DNA of 64,000 nucleotides from Phycisphaerales bacterium (GTDB taxonomy: Bacteria; Planctomycetota; Phycisphaerae; Phycisphaerales; UBA1924), in the NCBI GenBank assembly GCA_044222255.1, contig JBGANP010000007.1, positions 2,327 to 66,326 of the forward strand. The letters are read 5' to 3'. The notes under the pieces are model-generated. The model saw only the letters and a program-made list of their open reading frames with translations. It searched no databases and was not told where the DNA came from. The position numbers and the translations under genes are program-made. This document shows, in pieces, positions 48,071 to 56,231 of this stretch. Numbering within the stretch: position 1 is the stretch's first letter; the number at the start of each line of letters is the position of its first letter.

Positions 48071-48142
48071 GCTTAATCCTTCTTCTGACTCGATCTCTTC
48101 CGGACTCGATGCCTTGATCCCTTGATCCCTCGATGCCTTCTC

Positions 48143-49000
48143 TTAGTGCTTCTGCCCGTACCGCTTGCTCACCCGGCGGCGGATGATCAGCTGTGTCGAG
48201 TGCTTCTTGGAGTTGCGGGTGTTGCCGCCCTTGGACTCCACGCCCGTCGGACCCACCGGCGGCCGGTTGCCCTTCGAACGGCCCGAACCACCACCCAGCG
48301 GGTGAGCGTTGTGGCTCTTCGCCACGCCGCGCGTGATCGGACGGAACCCCAGGTGCCGGTTCATACCGGCCTTGCCCAGCCGACGATTCTGGTGATCGAT
48401 GTTGCCCGTCTGACCGATGGTCGCGCGGCAGTCGATGTTGATCTTGCGGACTTCGCCCGAGGGGAGCGTGAGAGTCGCGTACTCACCCTCTTTGTTCATC
48501 AGCCGGGCGTAGGTGCCCGCGCTGCGGCAGATCTGCGCCCCGCGCCCGACCTGCATCTCGACGCAGTGCACGTCAAGCCCGGTCGGAATGTCCCGCAGAC
48601 GCATGTTGTTGCCGATCTTCGGATCCACCGGACCCGTGCCGCTGCTCTCGATCTTCGTCCCGGCCTTGAGGCCGATCGGGCAGATCACGTAGCGCTTCAC
48701 GCCGTCGGCGTATTCCAGCAGCGCGATGTGCGCCGAGCGGTTGGGGTCGTACTCGATGCCCACCACCGTGCACGCGATCCCGTCGCGATCGTTGCGACGG
48801 AAGTCGATCATGCGGTACTGACGCTTCACGCCACCCCCGCGACCACGAACCGTGATCTTGCCGTGGTGGTTGCGCCCGGACTTGCGCGGCAGCGGAGAGA
48901 GCAGCGTCTTCTCCGGCTTGGTCTTCGTGACCTCGGAGTGCATATTCACCGAAGCGTTTCGGCGGCCAGCACTCGTCGGCTTGTAGATTCTGATGGGCAT
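48143..49000 (-). CDS. rplB: 50S ribosomal protein L2
   Basis: MPIRIYKPTSAGRRN...GGGSGRSKGNRPP... Confidence 0.95.
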   Translation of the reverse strand: MPIRIYKPTSAGRRNASVNMHSEVTKTKPEKTLLSPLPRKSGRNHHGKITVRGRGGGVKRQYRMIDFRRNDRDGIACTVVGIEYDPNRSAHIALLEYADGVKRYVICPIGLKAGTKIESSGTGPVDPKIGNNMRLRDIPTGLDVHCVEMQVGRGAQICRSAGTYARLMNKEGEYATLTLPSGEVRKINIDCRATIGQTGNIDHQNRRLGKAGMNRHLGFRPITRGVAKSHNAHPLGGGSGRSKGNRPPVGPTGVESKGGNTRNSKKHSTQLIIRRRVSKRYGQKH

Positions 49001-49070
49001 GGTCTGTCTCGTGAATCTCGAATCTAGTTCAATCCAACCGTGTCGTCACACTCTCAACTGCGTCCCGACT

Positions 49071-49117
49071 GCACCGGCGAAGGCCGGCGTATTCAGTTCG
49101 CACCGGCGAAGGCCGGT
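49071..49117 (+). repeat. two tandem REP-like family B elements (49071-49089, 49100-49117)
   Basis: GCACCGGCGAAGGCCGGCG ... GCACCGGCGAAGGCCGGT in the rplW-rplB spacer. Confidence 0.65.
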
Positions 49118-49121
49118 TCAA

Positions 49122-49400
49122 TCAAAACAACTCGATGGCGTCGCCCTTCTTCAGCCGCACGATTGCGGTCTTCGTGGTCGACTCCTGACCCATCCGGAAC
49201 TTCATTCTCTTGAACTTGCCGCGGCGGGTCAGCGTGTTGACCTTCTCGACCTTGACCTTGTACGCCGCTTCCACGGCGGCCTTGATCTGGTCCTTGCTCG
49301 CGCGGGTGTCCACCTCGAAGGTGTACCGCCCCAGCTCGCCCATCGCGTAGGTGCCCTTCTCGGTCACCAGCGGACGCTTGATCACATCGTGAGTTTGCAT
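49122..49400 (-). CDS. rplW: 50S ribosomal protein L23
   Basis: ...DVIKRPLVTEKGTYAM...YTFEVDTRASKDQIKAAVE... Confidence 0.93.
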   Translation of the reverse strand: MQTHDVIKRPLVTEKGTYAMGELGRYTFEVDTRASKDQIKAAVEAAYKVKVEKVNTLTRRGKFKRMKFRMGQESTTKTAIVRLKKGDAIELF

Positions 49401-49403
49401 GGC

Positions 49404-50126
49404 TTATGCCACTCCCTTCTTGGAAGTGCTCTTGGCGGTCTTCTCCGCACCGGCTTTGGCCCGGCCAAGCGGATTGATCTTCGCCGACTTGGTGATCTGC
49501 GAGGACGGCCCGTTCAGGAACGCCTCGAGATCGCTCTTGGTGATGACCAGGTAGCGGTGATTGAGCAGATCGAAGCACGTCAGCTGTCCCGCGGGAACGA
49601 GCTTGACCGTCTCCATGTTGCGGGCGCTCAGGCGGACCTGCTCGTTATCGTGGCCAATCGCGACCAGCGCGGTCTTGTCAACCTTGATGGCCTCGAGGAA
49701 CCCGACGAAGTCCTTCGTCTTGGGCGCCTTCATCGCCATCGAGTCAACGATCTTGACCTCGTTGTCGATCAGCTTCGCGAGCAGCGCGTTGAGATTCGCC
49801 TTGCGGCGCATCTTCTTCGGCATGTCCTTCTGATAATCGACCGGGTCTCGCTGCTTGTGGTGCGCGTGACCGCCGCCGCGGAAGTGCGGAACCTTGCGAT
49901 CGCCGTGACGGGCGCCGCCGGTGCCCTTCTGCTTGACGATCTTCTTCGTCGAGCCCTCGACGTTCTCGCGGTTGAGCGTCTTGGATGTGCCGCGCCGGGA
50001 GTTGGCGTGGTACATCACGTACGCTTGCTTGATGAGCGCGGGGTTGACCTCGCCGCCCAGAGTCTCGGCGTCGATGGCAAGCTTGCCAACCTCAACGCCC
50101 TTCATGTTCAAGACGGGGACATCCAT
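49404..50126 (-). CDS. rplD: 50S ribosomal protein L4
   Basis: MDVPVLNMKGVEVGKL...KQKGTGGARHGD... The start is taken at the internal ATG (track residue 34). A GTG at 50225 would add 33 poorly conserved-looking aa. Confidence 0.9.
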   Translation of the reverse strand: MDVPVLNMKGVEVGKLAIDAETLGGEVNPALIKQAYVMYHANSRRGTSKTLNRENVEGSTKKIVKQKGTGGARHGDRKVPHFRGGGHAHHKQRDPVDYQKDMPKKMRRKANLNALLAKLIDNEVKIVDSMAMKAPKTKDFVGFLEAIKVDKTALVAIGHDNEQVRLSARNMETVKLVPAGQLTCFDLLNHRYLVITKSDLEAFLNGPSSQITKSAKINPLGRAKAGAEKTAKSTSKKGVA

Positions 50127-50497
50127 CTGTCGTACCTCGTCCGACGCCTCACTTGAGCCCCACGACCGCTCGGTCATGCTGGCCGGGTCTTCCGCAACCG
50201 GCTCATCGGAGCCGACTGCTTGCACCCTGCTTTCCTCGCCTATCCGTCTCGTTGCCTGTTATTGGTGGCAACGACGCGGAATCGACTCGGCATCATCTAT
50301 GAATCAAGGCGGTAAAACCTCGATCCACTGAACTCTGTTTCCGCTCCGTGGTTTCGCGCTTCTTCGCACAGGACTCGGTCCTGCGAAAACAAACCCGACC
50401 TTCGGAGCCCGCCGACCGGTTTTCACACCGACCGACGGAGAATCCATCACAAACCCTTCAGATCACGATCACTCGCGACCCGAAACCCGCGGCCGCC

Positions 50498-51199
50498 TTA
50501 CTTGGTGGCTTCCGCGAGCTTCTTCTGCTTGCTGCGGTTCAGGCGTGTGCACGCACGAACCGAAACGTATCCGTTGTTCGCGCCCGGGATCGGGCCCTTC
50601 ACCAGCATCAGGTTCTGGGCCAGGTCGATCTTGATCACATCCACCGAGCGGACGGTGACCTGCTCATCGCCCATGTGGCCGGGCATCCGCTTGCCCTTCT
50701 TCAGACCGCCGCCGAAGCCGCGGTTTGAGGCGTGGGCGCCGATGGAGCCGGGAGACCGGTGCTTACGCTCGGTACCGTGGCTGGCACACAAACCCTTGAA
50801 GTGGTATCGCTTCATGACGCCCTGGAAACCCTTGCCCTTGCTGGTTCCCGTGATGTCAACATACTTCTGGTCCGCGAGTGCATCGACGGTCAGCACCTGG
50901 CCGGGCTGATACTCGCCGATCTTCTTCGCATCAACCTTGAACTCTTTGTGCCAGCGCTGGGGGCCGACGCCCGCCTTCGCGTCGTGGCCGATCTCGGGCA
51001 TCGTGGAGTTGCGGGCCTTCATCTCGCCGAAACCGATCTGCACCGCCGCGTACCCATCCACCTCGACGCTGCGGATCTGAGTGACCACGCAGGGGCCGAG
51101 TTCGATGACGGTAACGGGAATGCTCGCGCCGCCTTCACCGAAGACGCGCGTCATACCGAGTTTCTTGCCAAGAAGCGTGACTGCCATAACTCCGTCCAA
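50498..51199 (-). CDS. rplC: 50S ribosomal protein L3
   Basis: MAVTLLGKKLGMTRVF...GKGFQGVMKRYHFKG... Start at 51187 or 51199. Confidence 0.95.
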   Translation of the reverse strand: MDGVMAVTLLGKKLGMTRVFGEGGASIPVTVIELGPCVVTQIRSVEVDGYAAVQIGFGEMKARNSTMPEIGHDAKAGVGPQRWHKEFKVDAKKIGEYQPGQVLTVDALADQKYVDITGTSKGKGFQGVMKRYHFKGLCASHGTERKHRSPGSIGAHASNRGFGGGLKKGKRMPGHMGDEQVTVRSVDVIKIDLAQNLMLVKGPIPGANNGYVSVRACTRLNRSKQKKLAEATK

Positions 51200-51338
51200 T
51201 CCCTTCTGTCGATCGCACCCAAGGGTGGCCGACGCTTCGTGCTCAATCGCAGAGGAAGCTGTCCAAACGTGTGCCGGCGACTCTCGTCACGCGGCGTAAG
51301 AAAACAAGCCCCACGCTCTCGCGCCGGGCTTGCATATA

Positions 51339-51647
51339 TCAGGCCTTGATCTTCACGAACACACCAGCGGGCACAACCAGACGATTCAGCGCCTCGACCG
51401 TGCGCGCGTTGGGCTCGATGATGTCGATGATCCGCTTGTGCGTGCGGATCTCGAACTGCTCGCGGGATTTCTTATCGATGAAGATCGAGCGAAGCACCGT
51501 GTAGCGCTCGATGCGCGTCGGCAGCGGCACGGGGCCGGCGACCTTCGCGTTGGTGCGCTTGGCATGCTCAACGATTTCCTTCGCGGAAGCGTCGAGCGCC
51601 AGGTGGTCGTAGGCCTCCATCCGGATTCTGATCTTGCCGCCGGTCAT
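51339..51647 (-). CDS. rpsJ: 30S ribosomal protein S10
   Basis: [44 protein letters not shown]... ATG 51647. Confidence 0.93.
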   Translation of the reverse strand: MTGGKIRIRMEAYDHLALDASAKEIVEHAKRTNAKVAGPVPLPTRIERYTVLRSIFIDKKSREQFEIRTHKRIIDIIEPNARTVEALNRLVVPAGVFVKIKA

Positions 51648-52188
51648 CGTGCGTATGCCTCGTGTGAGCCGCGAAACGAAAACGTCCAAACATTCACCCG
51701 ATACTGCCACTAACCGATGCGTCGGGCGGGTCTTTCCCGTCGCGTCGGGCGTTCGAGCGATCCATTCGCCCGGCCGCATTCGCTTCTGAAAGCATGCTTT
51801 CGCATGCTGTTTCGGCCTCCATCGCAGCCCTCATCCTTGGGCCGGCGAATCGTGAGTCTGACAGCGTCCGCCGAAGCGGCTTTCCATCAAACAGCGATAC
51901 GCGGAGGCACCGAGCAATAAATAGCCCGGTTGCGAGCCGAGAAGAGTAGGGCCACCCTCCCGAATGTCAAACGGCCTCCCCTCGGACGTGAAGATTTCAC
52001 TCAACCTCCCGCGTTTCCCCGCGACGCGCAACCCTTGCGCCCTCCTCGAAATGGCGATCCTGTCGCCAACTCGCTCGCCGCTGGACACGCTCCGTCCGAT
52101 ACCAATGATCCTCCGACCACTCTACTCCCCCACTTCCCCACCCTCCCTGCTCAAACTCCCTCCTTTATAGACAGAAGGGCTCCCGACC

Positions 52189-53670
52189 ATGCCGCTCTCA
52201 TTCCGCCACCTCATCCTCGCCACCCTCGCGGCCATCCCCTGTTTCGGCGTCCCATGTCTCGCCCAGCGCGGCTCCGGGGATGACCCCGGATCACAGCCAG
52301 CCATCAAACCCCAAAAGGACTCCGCCACCGGAGCCCTCACCCTTGCGGATGAGCCCTACCGGCTCGACTCGGTCGGGCTCAGCGTCCGCATCCCCCTCGG
52401 CTCGCAGGTCAAATCCAACCGCATCGCCGATCGCCAGACCGCCCAGATCGTCCCCGAGGGCAGCACCTGGCTCATCAACATCCAGACTCCCACAGCCACC
52501 GCCGACAACGGCACCATCGAGCAGGCCCTCGACAAAACCATCGACCTGCTCCGCGGCACCTACGGCATCGTCGATCCCTCACAAAAAGAAGTCCTCGAAA
52601 CCCAGGCCAAGATCATCGAGCAGATCAAGGACCTCAAACTCCCCGGCGGCCCCGCCGCGCGTCTCTACGTCTCCACGCCGCGCGGCAATCAATCCCGGCT
52701 CATCAAGGGCTACACCATCTTCAAGCCCCAAGCCAAGCAGTTCGTCGTCTTCGAGTTCATCTGCCACGAGCAAGACTTCGCCAAACTCCGCGGCACCTAC
52801 GAGACCGTCGTCGGCACCGCGATGTTCTCCGGCTCAGACGCTACTTCGATGGCCCGCGCCTCCGCCATCAAAGCCGGCGCCGCTTTCGTCAACTCCCTCA
52901 CCGAGCAGGACTACATCGCCGCCATGGGCGAGAAGGAACTCTGGTTTCGCATGTTCAAACCCGGCAAGACCGGAGCCAAGGGCGACGATGAAGAAATCGG
53001 CTACAAAGGCCTCCGCTGCTGGCGCGGCAAGCGCGGCGAGATCAACCCCAACAAGCCACGCAACCTCTGGAAAACCGCCGATGAGCAGGACGGCTGGCTC
53101 GCCTCCATCCGCTCTCGCGTGATCTGGAACGGCCAGATGCTCGACACCCAGGCGCTCTACTACATGACGCCCGATCGCAACGAGGAGAGTTGGTCCATCT
53201 CGATGGGCGTGAAGCAACTCAACGGCCAGAACATCAGCGATGCCAGCGAGACCGGCGCCCGCATCGGCCGCGAGATGACGATCGTCAAGACCGCCTCCAA
53301 GCAGCCGCCCGTCACGCTCAAGCCGCCGATCATGGGCGATGGTTACATCTCGCAGTTCGAGACGCTCATCATCCCACGCATCATCGTGCAGAAAAAGCTG
53401 CAAACCGAGCTCGGCTTCTACTGCTGGCAGAACTACGCCGGCAGCGACTCGGGCACGATCTCCTTCCGCAAGGATGTGCTCGCCCCCCAAGGCAGTTTGT
53501 TCACGCTCACCACGAACATGCGCGACGACTCCGCCCCGCAGGTCTCCGTCTACAACGAGAAGGGCGAGCTCACCCGCTCGGAACTCCCCGGCAACATCGT
53601 CTGGGAGCCCACCGATCTCACGCTTCTCAAGCGGCTCTGGAAGGACAAGGGCCTTTCCGTCGATCGCTGA
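52189..53670 (+). CDS. secreted hypothetical protein
   Basis: Signal MPLSFRHLILATLAAIPCFGVPCLAQ. 493 aa with balanced composition. No family recognised. Confidence 0.65.
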   Translation: MPLSFRHLILATLAAIPCFGVPCLAQRGSGDDPGSQPAIKPQKDSATGALTLADEPYRLDSVGLSVRIPLGSQVKSNRIADRQTAQIVPEGSTWLINIQTPTATADNGTIEQALDKTIDLLRGTYGIVDPSQKEVLETQAKIIEQIKDLKLPGGPAARLYVSTPRGNQSRLIKGYTIFKPQAKQFVVFEFICHEQDFAKLRGTYETVVGTAMFSGSDATSMARASAIKAGAAFVNSLTEQDYIAAMGEKELWFRMFKPGKTGAKGDDEEIGYKGLRCWRGKRGEINPNKPRNLWKTADEQDGWLASIRSRVIWNGQMLDTQALYYMTPDRNEESWSISMGVKQLNGQNISDASETGARIGREMTIVKTASKQPPVTLKPPIMGDGYISQFETLIIPRIIVQKKLQTELGFYCWQNYAGSDSGTISFRKDVLAPQGSLFTLTTNMRDDSAPQVSVYNEKGELTRSELPGNIVWEPTDLTLLKRLWKDKGLSVDR

Positions 53671-53798
53671 TCGCAGGACGAATCCGCGCGATCACGGAAA
53701 CCCTGTTTTTCGCAAACCCGCGGGTTTTCACGCCCTTGCGTGCGGGGCTCGCGCCCTTCGCGCTTGCGTTTTGTTGCGTTCTCGCGTACAACCCGTGC

Positions 53799-55556
53799 AT
53801 GCTGACCCTCGCCATCCGACGTGATCTGGCTCTCCCCGCGGCCCTGCTCGCCGTGTGCGGCACGCTCGCCGCGTGTTCCTCCTCGCGCACCGCGATGGAT
53901 GCGCCCTACAGCCCGAGCAACGCGATCTCCGTCCGCGAGGGCAAGGATGCGCCGGTGCCGAACATCAAGATGGGCGACGCGGCCACCATCGCTCGCATCC
54001 TCGATGAGGGCAAGCACCGCAACCAGGTCATGAACCACCTGCGCCACCTCACGCAGGAGATCGGCCCGCGCCTCACCGCATCCAGCAACGCCGAGAAGGC
54101 CAGCAACTGGACGCTCGAGCAGTTCCGCTCCTGGGGATTGGAAGGATCGCTCTTTAAGTGGGGCGAGTACGAGACGCGCTTCGATCGCGGCCCCTCCACC
54201 GGCAAGCTCTACACCAAGCGCACTACCAAGAAAGAGGACGGCACCTCCGAGGAGAAGTGGAACTCCGTCCGCGACCTGCAGTTCACCACCCTCGCCTGGA
54301 CGCGCGGCACCGACGGCCCCAAGCGCGGCCCCGTCGTTCGCATGCCCGACACCGAAGAGGAATACGCCAAGGTGAAGGACTCGCTCAAGGGCGCATGGGT
54401 CATGCTCGAGCCCGTCTCCATCGAAGGCCGCGGCGGCGTGCGCGGCCCCGGCCAGCGCGGCGGCGATCGCTTCAAAGCCCGCATCGAGGCCCGCGCCAAA
54501 GCGGCCAAGGGCGAGGATGTTTCCAAGTTTGCGCTCGAAGACCGCGTGCTCTTCGACGGCATCCTCGGCTTCATCTCGTCCTCCACCGACCAGCGCGATC
54601 GCGTCTGGACAACCGCCGTGCCCGAGGCCCGCACACGCAAGGCGGCGGACATTCCGCCGGATGTCGAGGTCATCGTTCGCCTCGCCGATCACGACAACAT
54701 GGTCGTCCGCATGGTGGAGAAGCAGGACTTCCAGATCGAGTTCGACCTCCCGCACACGCTCACGCCCGGACCCATTCCCTGCTACAACACGATCGCCGAG
54801 ATCCGCGGCACCGAGAAGCCCGATGAGGTCGTCGTTGTCTGCGGCCACATGGACTCCTGGAACGGCCCCGGCTCGCAGGGCTGCACCGACAACGGCACCG
54901 GCTCGATGGTCTGCCTCGAATCCGCACGCATTCTGATGGCCGCGAAGGCCAAGCCGAAACGCACGATCCGCTTCTGTCTCTGGACCGGCGAGGAGCAGGG
55001 GTTGCTGGGTTCGGAGGCATACGTCAAGTCCCTCGGCGAGGACATCAAGAAGGTGAGCGTCTGCCTGAATGACGACGGCGGCACCAACTACGAAGGCGGC
55101 ATCAAGTGCACCGCCGACATGGCCGACTACCTCGCCGCGGCGACCGCGCCGACCAACAACCAGTTCTTTGACTTCATGGATGGCAAGCCGCTGAATGTGA
55201 ACATTCAGGTCGTCGACAAGTTCATCCGCGGCGGATCGAGCGATCACGCCTCGTTCACCTCCGCCGGCTGCCCCGGCTTCTTCTACGACGAGGTCGGCCG
55301 CGCCGACTACGGATACGGCTGGCACACGCAACACGACAAGCTGGACCTCGCGGTTCGCGAGTATCTCGAGCAGTCGTCCACAAATCAGGCGATCACGGCG
55401 TACAACCTCGCCTGCGCCCCGGACCTCCTGCCGCGCGTCCCGCCGCCACCGAAGGAAGATGAGAACGCCCCGCGTCGCCCGCGCAACCGCGATCGCAACG
55501 CCGGCGACACATCGCCGGGCGCGACTCCCGCGCCCGCGGCCGGAACGCGCAACTGA
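53799..55556 (+). CDS. M28-family metallopeptidase lipoprotein
   Basis: MLTLAIRRDLALPAALLAVCGTLAACSSS lipobox. GHMDSW, CTDNGTGS, WTGEEQGLLGS, DHASF. ATG 53799 (the track start 53190 overlaps the previous gene). Confidence 0.85.
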   Translation: MLTLAIRRDLALPAALLAVCGTLAACSSSRTAMDAPYSPSNAISVREGKDAPVPNIKMGDAATIARILDEGKHRNQVMNHLRHLTQEIGPRLTASSNAEKASNWTLEQFRSWGLEGSLFKWGEYETRFDRGPSTGKLYTKRTTKKEDGTSEEKWNSVRDLQFTTLAWTRGTDGPKRGPVVRMPDTEEEYAKVKDSLKGAWVMLEPVSIEGRGGVRGPGQRGGDRFKARIEARAKAAKGEDVSKFALEDRVLFDGILGFISSSTDQRDRVWTTAVPEARTRKAADIPPDVEVIVRLADHDNMVVRMVEKQDFQIEFDLPHTLTPGPIPCYNTIAEIRGTEKPDEVVVVCGHMDSWNGPGSQGCTDNGTGSMVCLESARILMAAKAKPKRTIRFCLWTGEEQGLLGSEAYVKSLGEDIKKVSVCLNDDGGTNYEGGIKCTADMADYLAAATAPTNNQFFDFMDGKPLNVNIQVVDKFIRGGSSDHASFTSAGCPGFFYDEVGRADYGYGWHTQHDKLDLAVREYLEQSSTNQAITAYNLACAPDLLPRVPPPPKEDENAPRRPRNRDRNAGDTSPGATPAPAAGTRN

Positions 55557-55576
55557 TAAGCGCTATCCTCGGCCCG

Positions 55577-56059
55577 ATGAAGAACGATTCGGCGAACTCG
55601 GCTTCGATTCCGCAGGTGCTGCTGTTCACCGATGGCGCGTGCTCGGGCAACCCCGGCCCTGGCGGCTGGGCGTTTATCCTCAAGCATCCATCCAGCGGCA
55701 AATCGCTGGAGGATTCCGGCGGCGAGAAGCTAACGACCAACAACCGGATGGAGCTGATGGCCGCGATCAAGGGCCTTGAGGCGCTGAACACGCGTACAAA
55801 GGTGGAGCTCTGGTCAGACAGCAAATACGTCCTGGACGGCCTCAGCTCCTGGATGGCCGGATGGAAGAAAAAGGGCTGGAAAACCGCCAATAAACAGCCG
55901 GTGAAGAATCAGGACCTGTGGATGGAGCTCGACGAGCTCAACGGCAAGCACCAGATCACGTTCCACTGGGTCAAGGGCCACAACGACCATCCCGAGAACG
56001 AGCGATGCGACGAACTCGCCGTGATCGCCCGCGACGCTGCGGGCGCGGGCGCTCGATGA
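55577..56059 (+). CDS. rnhA: ribonuclease HI
   Basis: LFTDGACSGNPGPGGWAF...TNNRMELMAAI...SDSKYV...WVKGHNDHPENERCDELA. Confidence 0.93.
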   Translation: MKNDSANSASIPQVLLFTDGACSGNPGPGGWAFILKHPSSGKSLEDSGGEKLTTNNRMELMAAIKGLEALNTRTKVELWSDSKYVLDGLSSWMAGWKKKGWKTANKQPVKNQDLWMELDELNGKHQITFHWVKGHNDHPENERCDELAVIARDAAGAGAR

Positions 56060-56231
56060 GCGGCTTTTCCCCGGCTGTGAATTGCAAATCACAAAAACCT
56101 GTTTCATGTCATTGCGTCGGGCGCGATGTGGCGGTAAATTGAATGCATCGGCCGATCTCGCACGCGGCCATCGCCATCCGGCGTCTCGTGGGTGTTTGTT
56201 TGTGCGCTGCCCTCGAAGACAGGATGCCAAG

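Noticed and set aside
48071-48142. Short direct repeats CTCGATGCCTT and CTTGATCC in the rplB-rpsS spacer.
   Set aside because: This is a low-complexity pyrimidine-rich spacer. The repeats are very short and do not recur elsewhere in the window. They are noted but not treated as an element.
50095-50165. While hand-translating the rplD N-terminus I got an apparent 1-nt frame inconsistency (an extra C near 50100 and a missing C near 50160).
   Set aside because: The supplied ORF track gives one continuous frame with a perfectly L4-like sequence. This is most likely my own base-counting error, not a real frameshift. The rplD start is therefore taken from the track arithmetic (50126).
50304-50447. 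A 47-codon sORF in the rplC-rplD spacer (MDSPSVGVKTGRRAPKVGFVFAGPSPVRRSAKPRSGNRVQWIEVLPP).
   Set aside because: No Shine-Dalgarno sequence, composition typical of GC-frame noise, and no resemblance to a missing ribosomal protein such as L30.
53190-53798. Upstream extensions of track ORFs used as gene starts. Examples: 53190 for the M28 peptidase, 6441 for acnA, 37788 for rpsM, 42165 for rplR, 51779 for rpsJ, 56082 and 10626 for the dockerin proteins, 32266 for the ROK kinase.
   Set aside because: The extensions overlap upstream genes or are Arg/Pro-rich. Internal starts give canonical N-termini or signal peptides.
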